This document shows positions 12,912 to 23,612 of a DNA stretch of 64,000 nucleotides, piece after piece. Each line of letters opens with the position of its first letter. Within the stretch, counting starts at the first letter, position 1. The notes below the pieces were generated by a model. That model saw nothing but the letters and a program-made list of their open reading frames with translations. It made no database searches and was not told where the DNA came from. The position numbers were made by a program, and so were the translations under genes. This DNA is from Rhynchobatus australiae (lineage: Eukaryota): the NCBI GenBank assembly GCA_034780895.1, contig JAUZTB010000127.1, positions 20,443,890 to 20,507,889 of the forward strand, in the 5' to 3' direction.

Positions 12912-13489
12912 CTAACTATTGTTATGCTCCTCCTCTAACTTTCCATCCTCTCCCTGGTGAATATCAATGAAGTATTGTGAAACGTTGATGCCTTTTGCAC
13001 AGCTCTTACCTGATAAGTTACCCAGTCCTCCAGTATGTTGCCCCCATCCTAAATGGTCCTTGCCATGGCAAATGCCTTCTGCAAATCCAGATTTAGTACT
13101 TCACTGGTTCCCCTTTTATTCAAAGTGCATGTTATTTCAGAGAACTACAATAAACTGGTCAAAGGTGTCTTTCACAAAACTAGAAATTCTTCCAAGTGCC
13201 TTGCTAAATTGTCCCTAATAATATCTTTAACATTTACTCAATGGCATGTTGCATAACTGCTCTGTAGTTTTTCAACTTTATTTCCCTTTTTTGAATAACC
13301 GTTTAAATGTAACATTTGTTGTAACTTGCCAAAATTAAACTTATTACAGATCACTGGTAATGTAAATAATACATCATGGAGATCTTTTTAAGCTGAGGGC
13401 TAACATTACTCAAATTTCATTTTTGTTTCATCACAAATTTCATTTTGAGCAGTGTATGCATAAAGGAACTACAAGTCAATTATAATGGG

Positions 13490-14670
13490 CTCCTCTCTAC
13501 CATAGTTGAGTCCTTGACCACATACCATTGATTTCATGTACCTAGTCTCTCACCCCTTCCTCCTGAACAGAAATCTCCTAGTCTTCAGATGGGTTCAACA
13601 TGTCATCCTTTGCAATATCTGCCAGCTACAATGAGATTCTACCATCAGAAAAATCTTCTCTTCCCCTCCCCTCCACTTTCAGATTTTTGAAGGGATTGTT
13701 CCCTTCTTGATTCCTGATTCATTCTTCTGCCCTCATCAACCACTCCCTTACAGCAATTTGCCAAGCAGCACTTTTTACCTCTCCCTTCCCACAATTCAGG
13801 AACTATTCCCAAATAATTCTAAGTGAAGAATGATTCACCTGCACTTCCGATCTGGGGTACTGCATTTGATGTTCACACTGTGGTCGCCTTCACATCGAGA
13901 NNNNNNNNNNNNNNNNNNNNNNNNNNNNNNNNNNNNNNNNNNNNNNNNNNNNNNNNNNNNNNNNNNNNNNNNNNNNNNNNNNNNNNNNNNNNNNNNNNNN
14001 GCCTTCACATCGAGAAGTCATATGCAGATTGGGCGACTGCTTTGCAGAGCACCAGTTTTCAGTCTGCGCAGGCAACTCTGAGCTCTGTTACCTGCCATTT
14101 AAATTCTCCACTCTACTCCCATTCTTACCTATCTGTCTGTGCCTGGTCCATTGTTACAATGAGCCCACCATAATCATCTTCCATTTGGGCATGTTGTAAC
14201 CTTTTTGGACTAGATATGGAATTCTACAACTTCAAGTGGCTTTCTTTCTCAGTATTTCAGAAATGTCCATTTCTACTGTAAATCACTCATCTGTGATATT
14301 GTCTTGGTTCTTTTTCTCTCTATTAGTACAGGCTAATCTGCAGCGCTACATTTTTGGAACTTTTATATTCCTTTTTGTTTAATTTCTCCTTCTCTCACTT
14401 CTTAGCTTGTGTTCACTTTCTCTCTTTCTAACTTCCCCTATTAATCCATTGACCAGATGCCTTCTACAACATTCCTTTGGCAACTCTGCCCATGCCTAAT
14501 TAGTGATTTTCTTTTCCCCCAGTCCAATCCATCACCCCACCCCCAATCATCAAAATCTCTGCAATTTAAGACTTGTTTTCTCCCTCCCCAGTTTTGACAA
14601 AGTGTCTTTAATCTGGAATGTTAACTCTTTCTCTTTCTGCAGATATTGCCTGATCAGCATTTTCTGTTAT
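13490..14670 (+). mobile_element. Decayed Penelope-like element (GIY-YIG endonuclease remnant plus terminal repeat)
   Basis: FTCTSDLGYCI*CSHCGRLHIE...RLGDCFAEH resembles the CxxC-containing GIY-YIG domain of Penelope elements. Confidence 0.75.
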
Positions 14671-15040
14671 GATACTAATGCATCCTGGCTGTGAAATAGT
14701 TTTGCAAGAATAATATTGAAGCAACATTGAGTTGTAGACTAGTAATCAATCTTGGCTTTTGCTGAATTATTTATTTGTTTTTTTTAAACAATTGCAGAAT
14801 GTAACAAAATTCCTTATGGAATTTCTCTGACAAAGATTGTTTTATTCTGATGCATAATGGTTTTACTACACCTTTTCAATGTTCTGATTAGTTGTATATA
14901 TTATATTCTGGCCCTTAATTCTGCTATCTGTTAATTGTCATTCATTACTGCAGAATGCACTTCATTTTAAGCTCTGTATTTTAACTTAAACAAAACTTCA
15001 AGAATTGTTAATTCAAAAGTCTTGTTTGTGATTTTTAAAG

Positions 15041-15116
15041 GAGTATGTCCAGGAAGAGTGCCGAAAACAAAGTCAAGCGTTACGACACGCTGAGGAAACA
15101 GCACTCAGTAGGATGA
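15041..15116 (+). CDS. CCP110: CCP110 last coding exon, read in two frames: SMSRKSAENKVKRYDTLRKQHSVG* (stop 15114-15116) or GVCPGRVPKTKSSVTTR* (stop 15091-15093)
   Basis: tttttaaag acceptor. The two frames resemble the two recalled human CP110 C-termini (...DNLRRQHSLG and GVYAGKIQRKRPNVATI). Confidence 0.88.
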
Positions 15117-15886
15117 ATGGTGCTGCACAGTTGCTTGACATTTGAAAAGATCCGTCTCTCAATAANNNNNNNNNNTCCTTTAGGATAGAACTTCCATAAG
15201 GAAATGGTTAAAAAAAATACTGGAATGAAATGTTGTTACTCTATTTGAAGAAATTTTGCAAGTGTCAGACTTTCTAAATTCTCACTAAATAATTATTAAC
15301 AATTCTGTACCTCACAAACTGAAAGGCATGCACTCCAAGAATTTCATCAAAGTGCATCTGTTAACAACTAAATGGTCTAGTTGTTTCTTGCACTGATTTT
15401 ATATATTTGTGTGTTCAACTGAAGAGGGACTGTTATTAGAAATAGTATCTCAAATATATTTGGTTTTCTCTATTGTCTGTAAACTAAATGTAGAATTTAC
15501 TTTCTCTTTCTTGATGTTAAAAATGCAGCTGTTAAAGGAAGAATTTACTCTTGAAATGCATTTCATTTAAGTATTAACTTTTGGGTTAATTCAGCCAAAA
15601 CTCTGCAAAATGTCCCATTGTAATATTTGCATACTAACTTTACCTTTAATTATTGAAGCATGTACTTAAGAAACAAATGACAAGATTTTCTCAAGCATTA
15701 TGATGAATTCTTACCTAGATAACTAAAAGACCTTGCGTTTGGCAGACGCCATTTCCAGTCAATGCAAATGAATATTTCTTGGTTATGTAAATAACCTCTT
15801 ATTTATGTTTAAATCGTGTTGTTTTGTTGCCAATAATTTTATTTTTATAATGTTTCAATTATGTATTTATGTTGTGCATGTTGCAA

Positions 15887-15933
15887 AATAAACTTTGACT
15901 ATTATTTGCATTTTTTGAAGTCTTTGCAATAAA
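15887..15933 (+). terminator. Two candidate CCP110 polyadenylation signals (AATAAA at 15887 and 15928)
   Basis: Hexamers at the end of an AU-rich region about 0.8 kb after the stop codons. Confidence 0.55.
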
Positions 15934-16329
15934 ATACTTAGATTCAAAAATCTAAGTTTTTAAAGTCTTCAGATTGAGCTGATTTAATTTTTGATTGCAT
16001 ATCACATGCACACAAATAACATTTTCTGTTTTTGTTTTAGATTTTTCCACCTGAATTGCAAGCACAGCATTTTGCTCATCTTGCAATGACTGCAGATTTT
16101 ACCCTTATTATCTGTTCTGCACTTTCTGCTTGAGGTGAACTTTTCAGTTTTTGTCAGTTACATTTATCATGAACCTGTTTTTTAAGTTTAATTTTGATCT
16201 CCAGGGGATTGCAGCTTTCATTGGCTTTCCTTTCCCAATCATGGGATCATTTAATCGATGCGTAAACCATCTCCTCCTTGAAGGCTTCCTGTAGAGGCCT
16301 TTTGGTTGACTGGATCCACACCAGCTCCC

Positions 16330-16550
16330 AGGCAGTTATCCCACTAATCCTATTCTCCATCCTTGTTTCCTTGTACTACTAATTATTCTCACACATCAAC
16401 TCCCCATTGATTATTTTTGCCATGAATCCTTACTAATTTACATAAACCAATTAATCTACCTGTACGTGTCTGTGGAGATGGGAGGAAATTAGAGCAAAAC
16501 TACATAGCCACTGTCAGAACGTGCAAAAATATGGACTGACATGTCGCACT
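16330..16550 (-). mobile_element. Old V-SINE-like fragment
   Basis: gggaggaaattagagc...gtcagaacgtgcaaa resembles the reverse complement of the 62810 SINE core. Confidence 0.45.
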
Positions 16551-17599
16551 CTATTCAGTCTACTAATTTTTGATTCTAATCCATCCAGATAAGCTCCTTT
16601 TATTAATGCATCAACATAAATAAAATTCTAGTTAATTATACCTTATTGTTTCCATGTCTGAGATAATAACTATTCTGAATCTAATATGACTCCTCTTCAA
16701 GAAAAAGCACTTCAACTGAAATGAGACTCGCCTAACCCACTTTGAGAATTTTCTTTCAACACTCAGTATGATATCTAATGTCAAATTTTGAACACTGCTA
16801 AAGGCAATAAAATTTCACACAAACTATCAAGCTTTCTTCTTAGTTTTGAATCAGTTTTTAATTTGGGGTGTGAATTGTCTATTAAATTCATTCAAATCCT
16901 GACCGTTTATATGGGTCTCCATGAATTTTTTTGAAAATGCCCTTTGTTGTGGCTGAAACCCATGGCCATTGGACAGGAATTACTATTATGAACCAAAGTT
17001 ATGTAACATTATTGGTCCCCTTATCAAAAAACTTGACATATTTAAAAAAAAAAGTACCCACTATATTTTGTCAGGTGATGCATTATTTAACACTGGTGTA
17101 TAGTTCTGAATAGAAAAACCTGGCAGAGTGCAAAAATAGTATTGCCTGTGTTTCAGAACTAATTTCAGCTGTCAAAATCTCAAAAGAAAAGGCTAGAAGG
17201 ATGATCTAATGAGGTTTAAAATTATGAAAGGGTTAGGTGTGGGCACACACTTTGAGTGTTTAGACACCTTATTTTTAGTTGATCAGGAAGATCCAACATG
17301 TATTTGTAAAGGATAGTTCAAGCATAACAAATCTGTCTTGTTTTGGAGTTCTGGGAAAGCAATGGGCAAGGCAAGTCAATATATATCACTTTTGCATATA
17401 AGGAGACATTTCATGAAGTTCTTTGTAAAAATCTTAAAGCTAAGACACATTATTGATCTCACCAGCAAACTGACTGAATTGTATTGTGTGCAAAGGGCAG
17501 ATAACCCACAGAAATCTATATTAGTTTGAAACCATTTATCATTCTTACTATTGGAAAAAGCCACATATCCACCATGACACACACACAGCTGCTGTGGTC

Positions 17600-18340
17600 A
17601 GTAATTATAGCTGGGTAATCAAGTGAATGGGCCAAATTTTGGTAAATTATAGGTCATTGATTTTAGACCTAAAAATAATAGAAGAGCATTTTTTTAAACA
17701 GTTAAATTACAGAAACAGAAGTCCAAAGAGTCTGTGGGAGAGGGGGACTGCATCGATATGGACAGATCTCTGAAGTGTGAATATTTACAGACAATAATCA
17801 AAAAATCTAGTGGAAAGCTGGTCTTTTATTGCTAGGAGATTGGAGTGCATGGGTTAGACCTAATGCTAGGGTCACATAGGAATATCATTAGCATTTCTGG
17901 GCAACTCATATTCAGGACACATTGGCCTTTGACAGTGTTCAGCATAAATTTACTATAATTTAAACATGGAGGATCAAATCATGGTGAGGTTACAAGTTTT
18001 TTTTAAACAATATAAATCTTTGGTTGTATTCTCTGTAATTCAGGTGGTTTCAGCAATTTTCACAGTATTTACAAAGGCAGATAGACTTATTTCCAGTGGT
18101 TGGAGAATCTAAAATTGTGGCTATGAGGTTAGAAAACAATTATACGTACATGCACGGAGTTGTAGAAGCTTGGAAAATTTCCACAAAATGTTATTTCATG
18201 CTAAGTGAATTTTTAGTAACCACAGATATTAAGGGATGTGAGGCAAAAGTAGTTTATGGAATTGGGTCACAAATGTGCTGTGATCTAAAAAAATCTGTAA
18301 CAGGCTCAAAGAGTTAAATGGCATACTGCTGTTTCTGATG
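17600..18340 (+). mobile_element. Highly decayed CR1 3' fragment
   Basis: Remnant CR1 motifs and a tail ending caggctcaaagagttaaatggcatactgctg. Confidence 0.55.
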
Positions 18341-19159
18341 GGCATCCTGTAAAATAAATTTAAGGTCAATGTGACACAATGGATCAATTCTGTGTGAATG
18401 AAGGAGTGAAGATATTCCCTAACAAGCCTGAGTGTTCATCTGTTTCAGGATATTAGCTCCACTGAGTAGTGAGAGTTTATATCACCATATTATAAGGTAT
18501 CAAACTATATGGAACTGGCTGGATGAGTCAGTGAAGTATGATATAAATTGGATAAAACCTACACTACATAGCCTCTTATCCAGGTTTGAAAATAATTTAA
18601 AAATAGATTCATGCTAATAAAAAAAATCTAACAAATTAATAATAAATCAAATCATGTATTGAACTTTTATTTCTGTACAGTTATTTACTCTATTCTCTGT
18701 GACCAAATTCAATATTTATGCATTTAGTAGTGATGGGAATTAAAAACACACAATCTATTTATCAAGTGCTCTATGAAACACTATAATAGTTTCTTAAAAG
18801 CCGTAATAGTGGAATTAGTTGCTTTGTAAATTGCTCTGGAAATGTGACTCTAAAGTAGGTAAAATCGTTGCATTTAAAAACACATTTCGAAATCAATGTA
18901 TTCAATTCAGGATGAAATCACAAAGATAAAAAAATCGCACAAATTGGCAATATTCCCCATCGTCTGCTCTGCCATTCATTGAAGATCAAACAATGTAGGG
19001 GAAACGAAGAACTCAAAAAAGAATATTTCACAGAAATGCAAATATTTAAAATATTTTTGAAAAATATATTTAAAATACCTTTTATTTAAGCAGAAGAAAT
19101 TCTCCAGCAATTGTAGGAGTAACTATTTTAACTTACATTCGCTCTTCAATGTCATCACA

Positions 19160-19460
19160 AGCCCAGCCGGTGTAAATACACACAGCTCCAGCGACGCTGG
19201 TTCCGACGCAGAGGTGCGGGGCAGCTGTTGGTTGGGTCTCTGCCCCGCACAAATATGGCGCCGCCTCCCATAGACGTCACGACAGGAGAGTTCAGCGGAG
19301 GGTGCGGTGCAGAGCATGTGATCTGGAAGATGGCTTCCGTGCAGTGGTAAGGAGCATCTACAGCTGAGTGAAACTTTTCACCCGAATGACTCTATTTTTG
19401 TTCGAAATGGTTACGTTTGGGGAAAATTTCGACGCCCTTTCCCTATAAAATTGTGCGCGC
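19160..19460 (+). promoter_or_regulatory. CpG-rich promoter/5' end of VPS35L with YY1-like (aatatggcg, 19252; aagatggc, 19327) and CRE-like (gacgtcac, 19273) motifs
   Basis: The clearest CpG-dense island in an otherwise CpG-depleted window. It surrounds the first coding exon. Confidence 0.75.
19330..19346 (+). CDS. VPS35L: VPS35L exon 1 coding part (MASVQW)
   Basis: aagATGG Kozak context, gtaagg donor. Splices in frame to HSRERKY, like human MAVFPW/HSRNRNY. Confidence 0.9.
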
Positions 19461-19699
19461 TTCTTAAAATCCATAACTGTAATCTCAAACCCGATGAATG
19501 CTCTGTTAACTGAACAGGTCCAAACCTCCTGCAGGTTTCATCTGACCCTGCCTTGAATTCACTTCATGGGTTTTCAGTTGATCAGTTGCCTTCTCTTTAT
19601 TTTGTTCCTATTGCATTAAGAATGTATATGTCAAATTCGGGAATTGTGCTATCATTTAGCAAGGAGATAAGGCACAGTAGTGTCTTGAATTTTTTTTAG

Positions 19700-20985
19700 G
19701 TTAAATTTACATATTTTTGAAATGTAAAATGGAGATACATTTCTGCAGGCAGCCAAATTTAAGGAAGTTGTTCCACTGTTTCTCTGAACTGATGGAGTCA
19801 AATGCCTTGGTGAGGTCAAAAAGATTATGTATTGTGGGTAATGCTGCTTTCTGCAATTTTTTTGTGAGTGGGAAAGCAATGAAAATCATGTCCACAATGG
19901 ATGGAATGTACAGTGCGATGAGGCCCACTTTAGGGAGGAACTGAGAAGGTCTTCAGTGACTTTTTCCTGTGGCAGACAGCAAGGAGTCTCCTCTGTGGGT
20001 AACACAGTTAGACTTGTATCCTACTTGAATATGGTCATGATTATGGAGTCTCTGTGTCTCTTTAGTTGGCATATGGCTTTATTTTTGATTTCTTGTCTGT
20101 CAGGAATGGTGACAAGGCTGTCCCAAATAGTTTACTATGGAATGGAGTCAAGGGTGCTCAGATCAAAGACAAAGTTGCACTTGAGGAGGACTTCGATTTG
20201 TTCCTTCCAGCATGAGTTGATTGATACTTTGTTTCTGATGAGTTCAACCCCAATCTTGGCTTTCATTGGAGTGGATCTTGGATGTTTGGGTCACGGATGG
20301 TTTTTACAATGCTGAGGAACTTATGCATATCTTGGCTATCAGCCAGTTACTTAACCTCCTGCACCCTCTCCATCCAATATCTGTTCTTTAGGTAATGGGT
20401 TTTCTGCTGCACCTTTGTCTTCAGATGCCTGTAGAATTGTTTGTTTTTCCATGAGGAATAGTGGTGCTTTCAATCCAGAAGTGCCTTGCACTTGCAGTTA
20501 ATTTGTTCCTCCAATCTCCAGGTCATTTTCTAGACCTGGTTGTTCTTAAGAATCTTTTCACAAGTGCCGAGTATGACAGACTTCAAGGTGACACATAAGC
20601 TGTGGGGACATTGCTGCTCTCATGGACAGGAAGTTTAAGAAGCGAAGTGTAGTTGAGATTTTTTCCAAGGTTATATTAGAAGTCGTCCTTTGCCTCATCT
20701 GAAACTTCCAAGGTTGAGGTATCTGCACTGATGACCATAGCCTTTTGGTTCTGTGTTAGTGTTTGCAGAATTGTAAAGTTGCAAGGGGAGCCAAGACACA
20801 GACTAGCGCATTTTTGATGCTGAACTCAACTCTGTGAAGATGCTGTGGCTCTTCCAGAAGAAATTGCACCCAGTGTTTTATTCTGTACTCTGGCCATACC
20901 TTGTAAGTCATGTCTTATTTAGTACAGCAAGTCGATGTCAGAGCATCTGAGTTCTTGAGCTATTGTAGCAGAGCACCTTTCAGGT
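19700..20985 (-). mobile_element. RTE-clade LINE, 5' part (endonuclease start to mid-RT), decayed
   Basis: Minus-strand RPERCSATIAQELR...FFWK near 20985 and VDMIF...DLTKAFDSIS...KFGC near 19720-19900. Confidence 0.75.
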
Positions 20986-20989
20986 CTCA

Positions 20990-22010
20990 CTGAAGATAAA
21001 TGCCAAATAAGGCTGTGTCTTTACCCCAATGCTGCTTAATCTTTCTCGCCACATTGCACTTCACCTCCAACAAACTTCGTGCAGAAGTGGAACTAATCTT
21101 CATAACTAAAAGGAACTGAGGTAATCTTACTGGTAGAGCTGCAGCATGCAGAGAGCACTTGTGTTTGCACATGCTTGGAAGCTGAGTTCCAAGACATCAT
21201 TGTTTCGCTCACTGAAGCATAAGAGAGGATAGGCTTTATACTCAACATCTACAGTGCAAAAGTTCTCTACCAATTTGCTCCCAATGCACCACCCTGCTCT
21301 CTGAAAATCAAATAAATGGTGAGACCTTAGAAAATGTGAACCACTTTCCACATCTTGGGAGCTGCCTCTGCATGAGGACAGGCATCAGTTCAATGACCAG
21401 CTCAGCCTTTTGGTAGATTGAGGGGGCAAAAAAGTATCTAAAAATCAAGACCTCAGACCTGGCCTAAAATTTGTGGTCTACTATTCAGTAATGATATGTT
21501 CCCCCTGTATGCCTCTGAGTCCAGGACTAAATAGAGTAGGTAACTCAAGGCGCTGTGGAGGATGAAAAACTACCACTGCTTTCTCTGCAAAATCCTCCAA
21601 TTTCACTGGAAGGTGAAGCAAACCTATGTTAGTGTCCTTTCCCAGGTCATTTGCCATGTCATCTGTGTGCTTGACACAGCACTCGCGATTCAACAGACAC
21701 TCTGTTCTGAGTTCTATAATAGGAAGAGGTTACCAGCAGGCAAAGGAAAACACTCAAGGATATGTTTCCAGCCTTTCTGAAGAAATGCAACACCTCTGCT
21801 GGGTCCAGGGACTGCTCAGAGTGGAAAAGCAACATTTAAAATGATCTTGAGAACTTCAAGCCTATGCTTTGGAAGCATACAGAGACCCTGTTTAAGAAAC
21901 AAAAAGAAAGCACCACTTCACAAGCTACTCACCTGTCCACCCTGTTTGGCACTTCTTGCCTGACCTGTGGAAAAACCTGAGGTTACTACATTATCTTTAT
22001 TACCACCTTG
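20990..22010 (+). mobile_element. RTE-clade LINE, 3' part (RT QGC motif to C-terminus), decayed
   Basis: GCV..P remnant at ~21010 and INGETLENVNHFPHLGS at ~21315. Confidence 0.75.
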
Positions 22011-22659
22011 GCTAAGCCACCTTGCAGTCAGCCTCTCCCTTTTTGCTTTTATTTTGCCTCATTATATTAGCACAGTACAGATCTTCCTCCACTTGATGAA
22101 GGGATTAGGTTCCTAAAGAACCATTTTTTTTAATGCAAAAATTGTAAGCCCTGGCAGGGGTTATCATTTGTCATGTGTGATAAATTGGAAATTGGTACAT
22201 CTCTCATTTAAGAATGTAGTGAATCAAAGCAAGCACTGCTTATTTTGATAAGCTGAAACTTACAAGTCATTCATCCAAAAGTCATTGCTGACAGGTGTTC
22301 AAGAGAGTATCTCTTTTCATTTTAAAAGCTTTTTTTATTTCAGATTTCTTTCCATTAACCCTATCATGTTTGAATCACATGTTTGTGAAAACCACTAACA
22401 TTTAAGTCTCCAAATGTGCTCCCTGCTCCTCATTGTAGTAAATAACCTCTGCTAAGTAACAAATCATATTAAATAAAACCCTTTTGATGTAGTGAAAATC
22501 CATTAGGTGTGTGTTTGTTTGATAACTGGGGAGAATATCAATGAGTAACACCTCTCTTGCTTTTTGATCGTGGTGGATAACTAAAAAGCTTTCAAATATT
22601 AATTTGTAAATTTAAACTCCTAAACTGTGGTAGCCGCTGGCAATTCAGTATGTGAATGT

Positions 22660-23380
22660 AACAGATTCACAGGCTACAATTTGCAGTCATTTTTTGTTTC
22701 AGCGGGTGGTTTCTTGATAAGAATTAAAAATGTTGCTTCTGTTACTGGTTTAAAGTTGCACAGTGGGCTGGATGTTGCATTAAAATTAAGTGAGGCTCTT
22801 TTCAGTGTCCTAGGTTACAATGGTGCAAATCAGACCATTACAGTGACTCCCTAAAATGTTAAACAAAGAATTCCGGAAGTCGGTGTCCAAGTTGTCCTCG
22901 TCGGGTATGACGTGCCCACTGACATACTTGGTGTTCACATGCACAGAAAGGGTCCAATTTGCAATACATATCCACACTTGTTGTCATTCATCCTTTGAGT
23001 TCATAGATGACCATGATATCACTCTTGTCTTGGTTTCTGTGAACTCGTGAATGGCTGATTAGGATGATTTGTTTGTTGTCTGTTTGTGACACTAAGTGCA
23101 TTGAATAAGGCATCCCAAGACTCAAGTCGTTGATGAAGTACTTGAGGGTATCCTTGAACTGTTCCTTCTGACCTTCCTGAGAGTGCTTTCACTCCTCTGG
23201 ATCACCATAGGAATCCTCTCTTGCAGTTGCTTATTTGGTATTCTGATAAGATGGGCAGGCCACATCATCTTGAGCACACATGCTTGTAACAGCATCTTGG
23301 TGTGTAGGACCTTGTCTTGACATCCTTATCAGTTTCCTCGGACAATTCTTGTGAAAGTAACTCAGCTTTATGACATGCTG
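22660..23380 (-). mobile_element. RTE-clade LINE 3' fragment
   Basis: QHVIKLSYFHKNCPRKL and GQKEQFKDTLK peptides on the minus strand. Confidence 0.65.
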
Positions 23381-23612
23381 GAGACACATGAGACTGCAGA
23401 TGCTGAAATTTGGAGCAACACACAAAGTGCCAGAAGAACTCAGCGGGTCAGGCAGCAGCTATGGAGGGGAATGGACAGTCGACGTTTCGGGTGGAGGCNN
23501 NNNNNNNNNNNNNNNNNNNGTCTCAACTCAAAATGTTGACTGTCCATTTCCCTCCATGGATGCTGCCTGACCTGCTGAGTTTCTCCAATGCTTTGTATGT
23601 TGCCCCAGCTTT
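23381..23612. repeat. Palindromic Penelope-type terminal repeat pair (arms ~23412-23498 and ~23520-23608)
   Basis: ctcagcgggtcaggcagca...ggacagtcgacg is mirrored by gttgactgtcc...tgctgcctgacctgctgag. Confidence 0.8.

Noticed and set aside
15117-15930. miR-34/449 (CACTGCC) or miR-129-3p (AAGGGCT) seeds, known for vertebrate cp110 3'UTRs
   Set aside because: I did not see either seed by eye in the proximal UTR, and the UTR end is not established.
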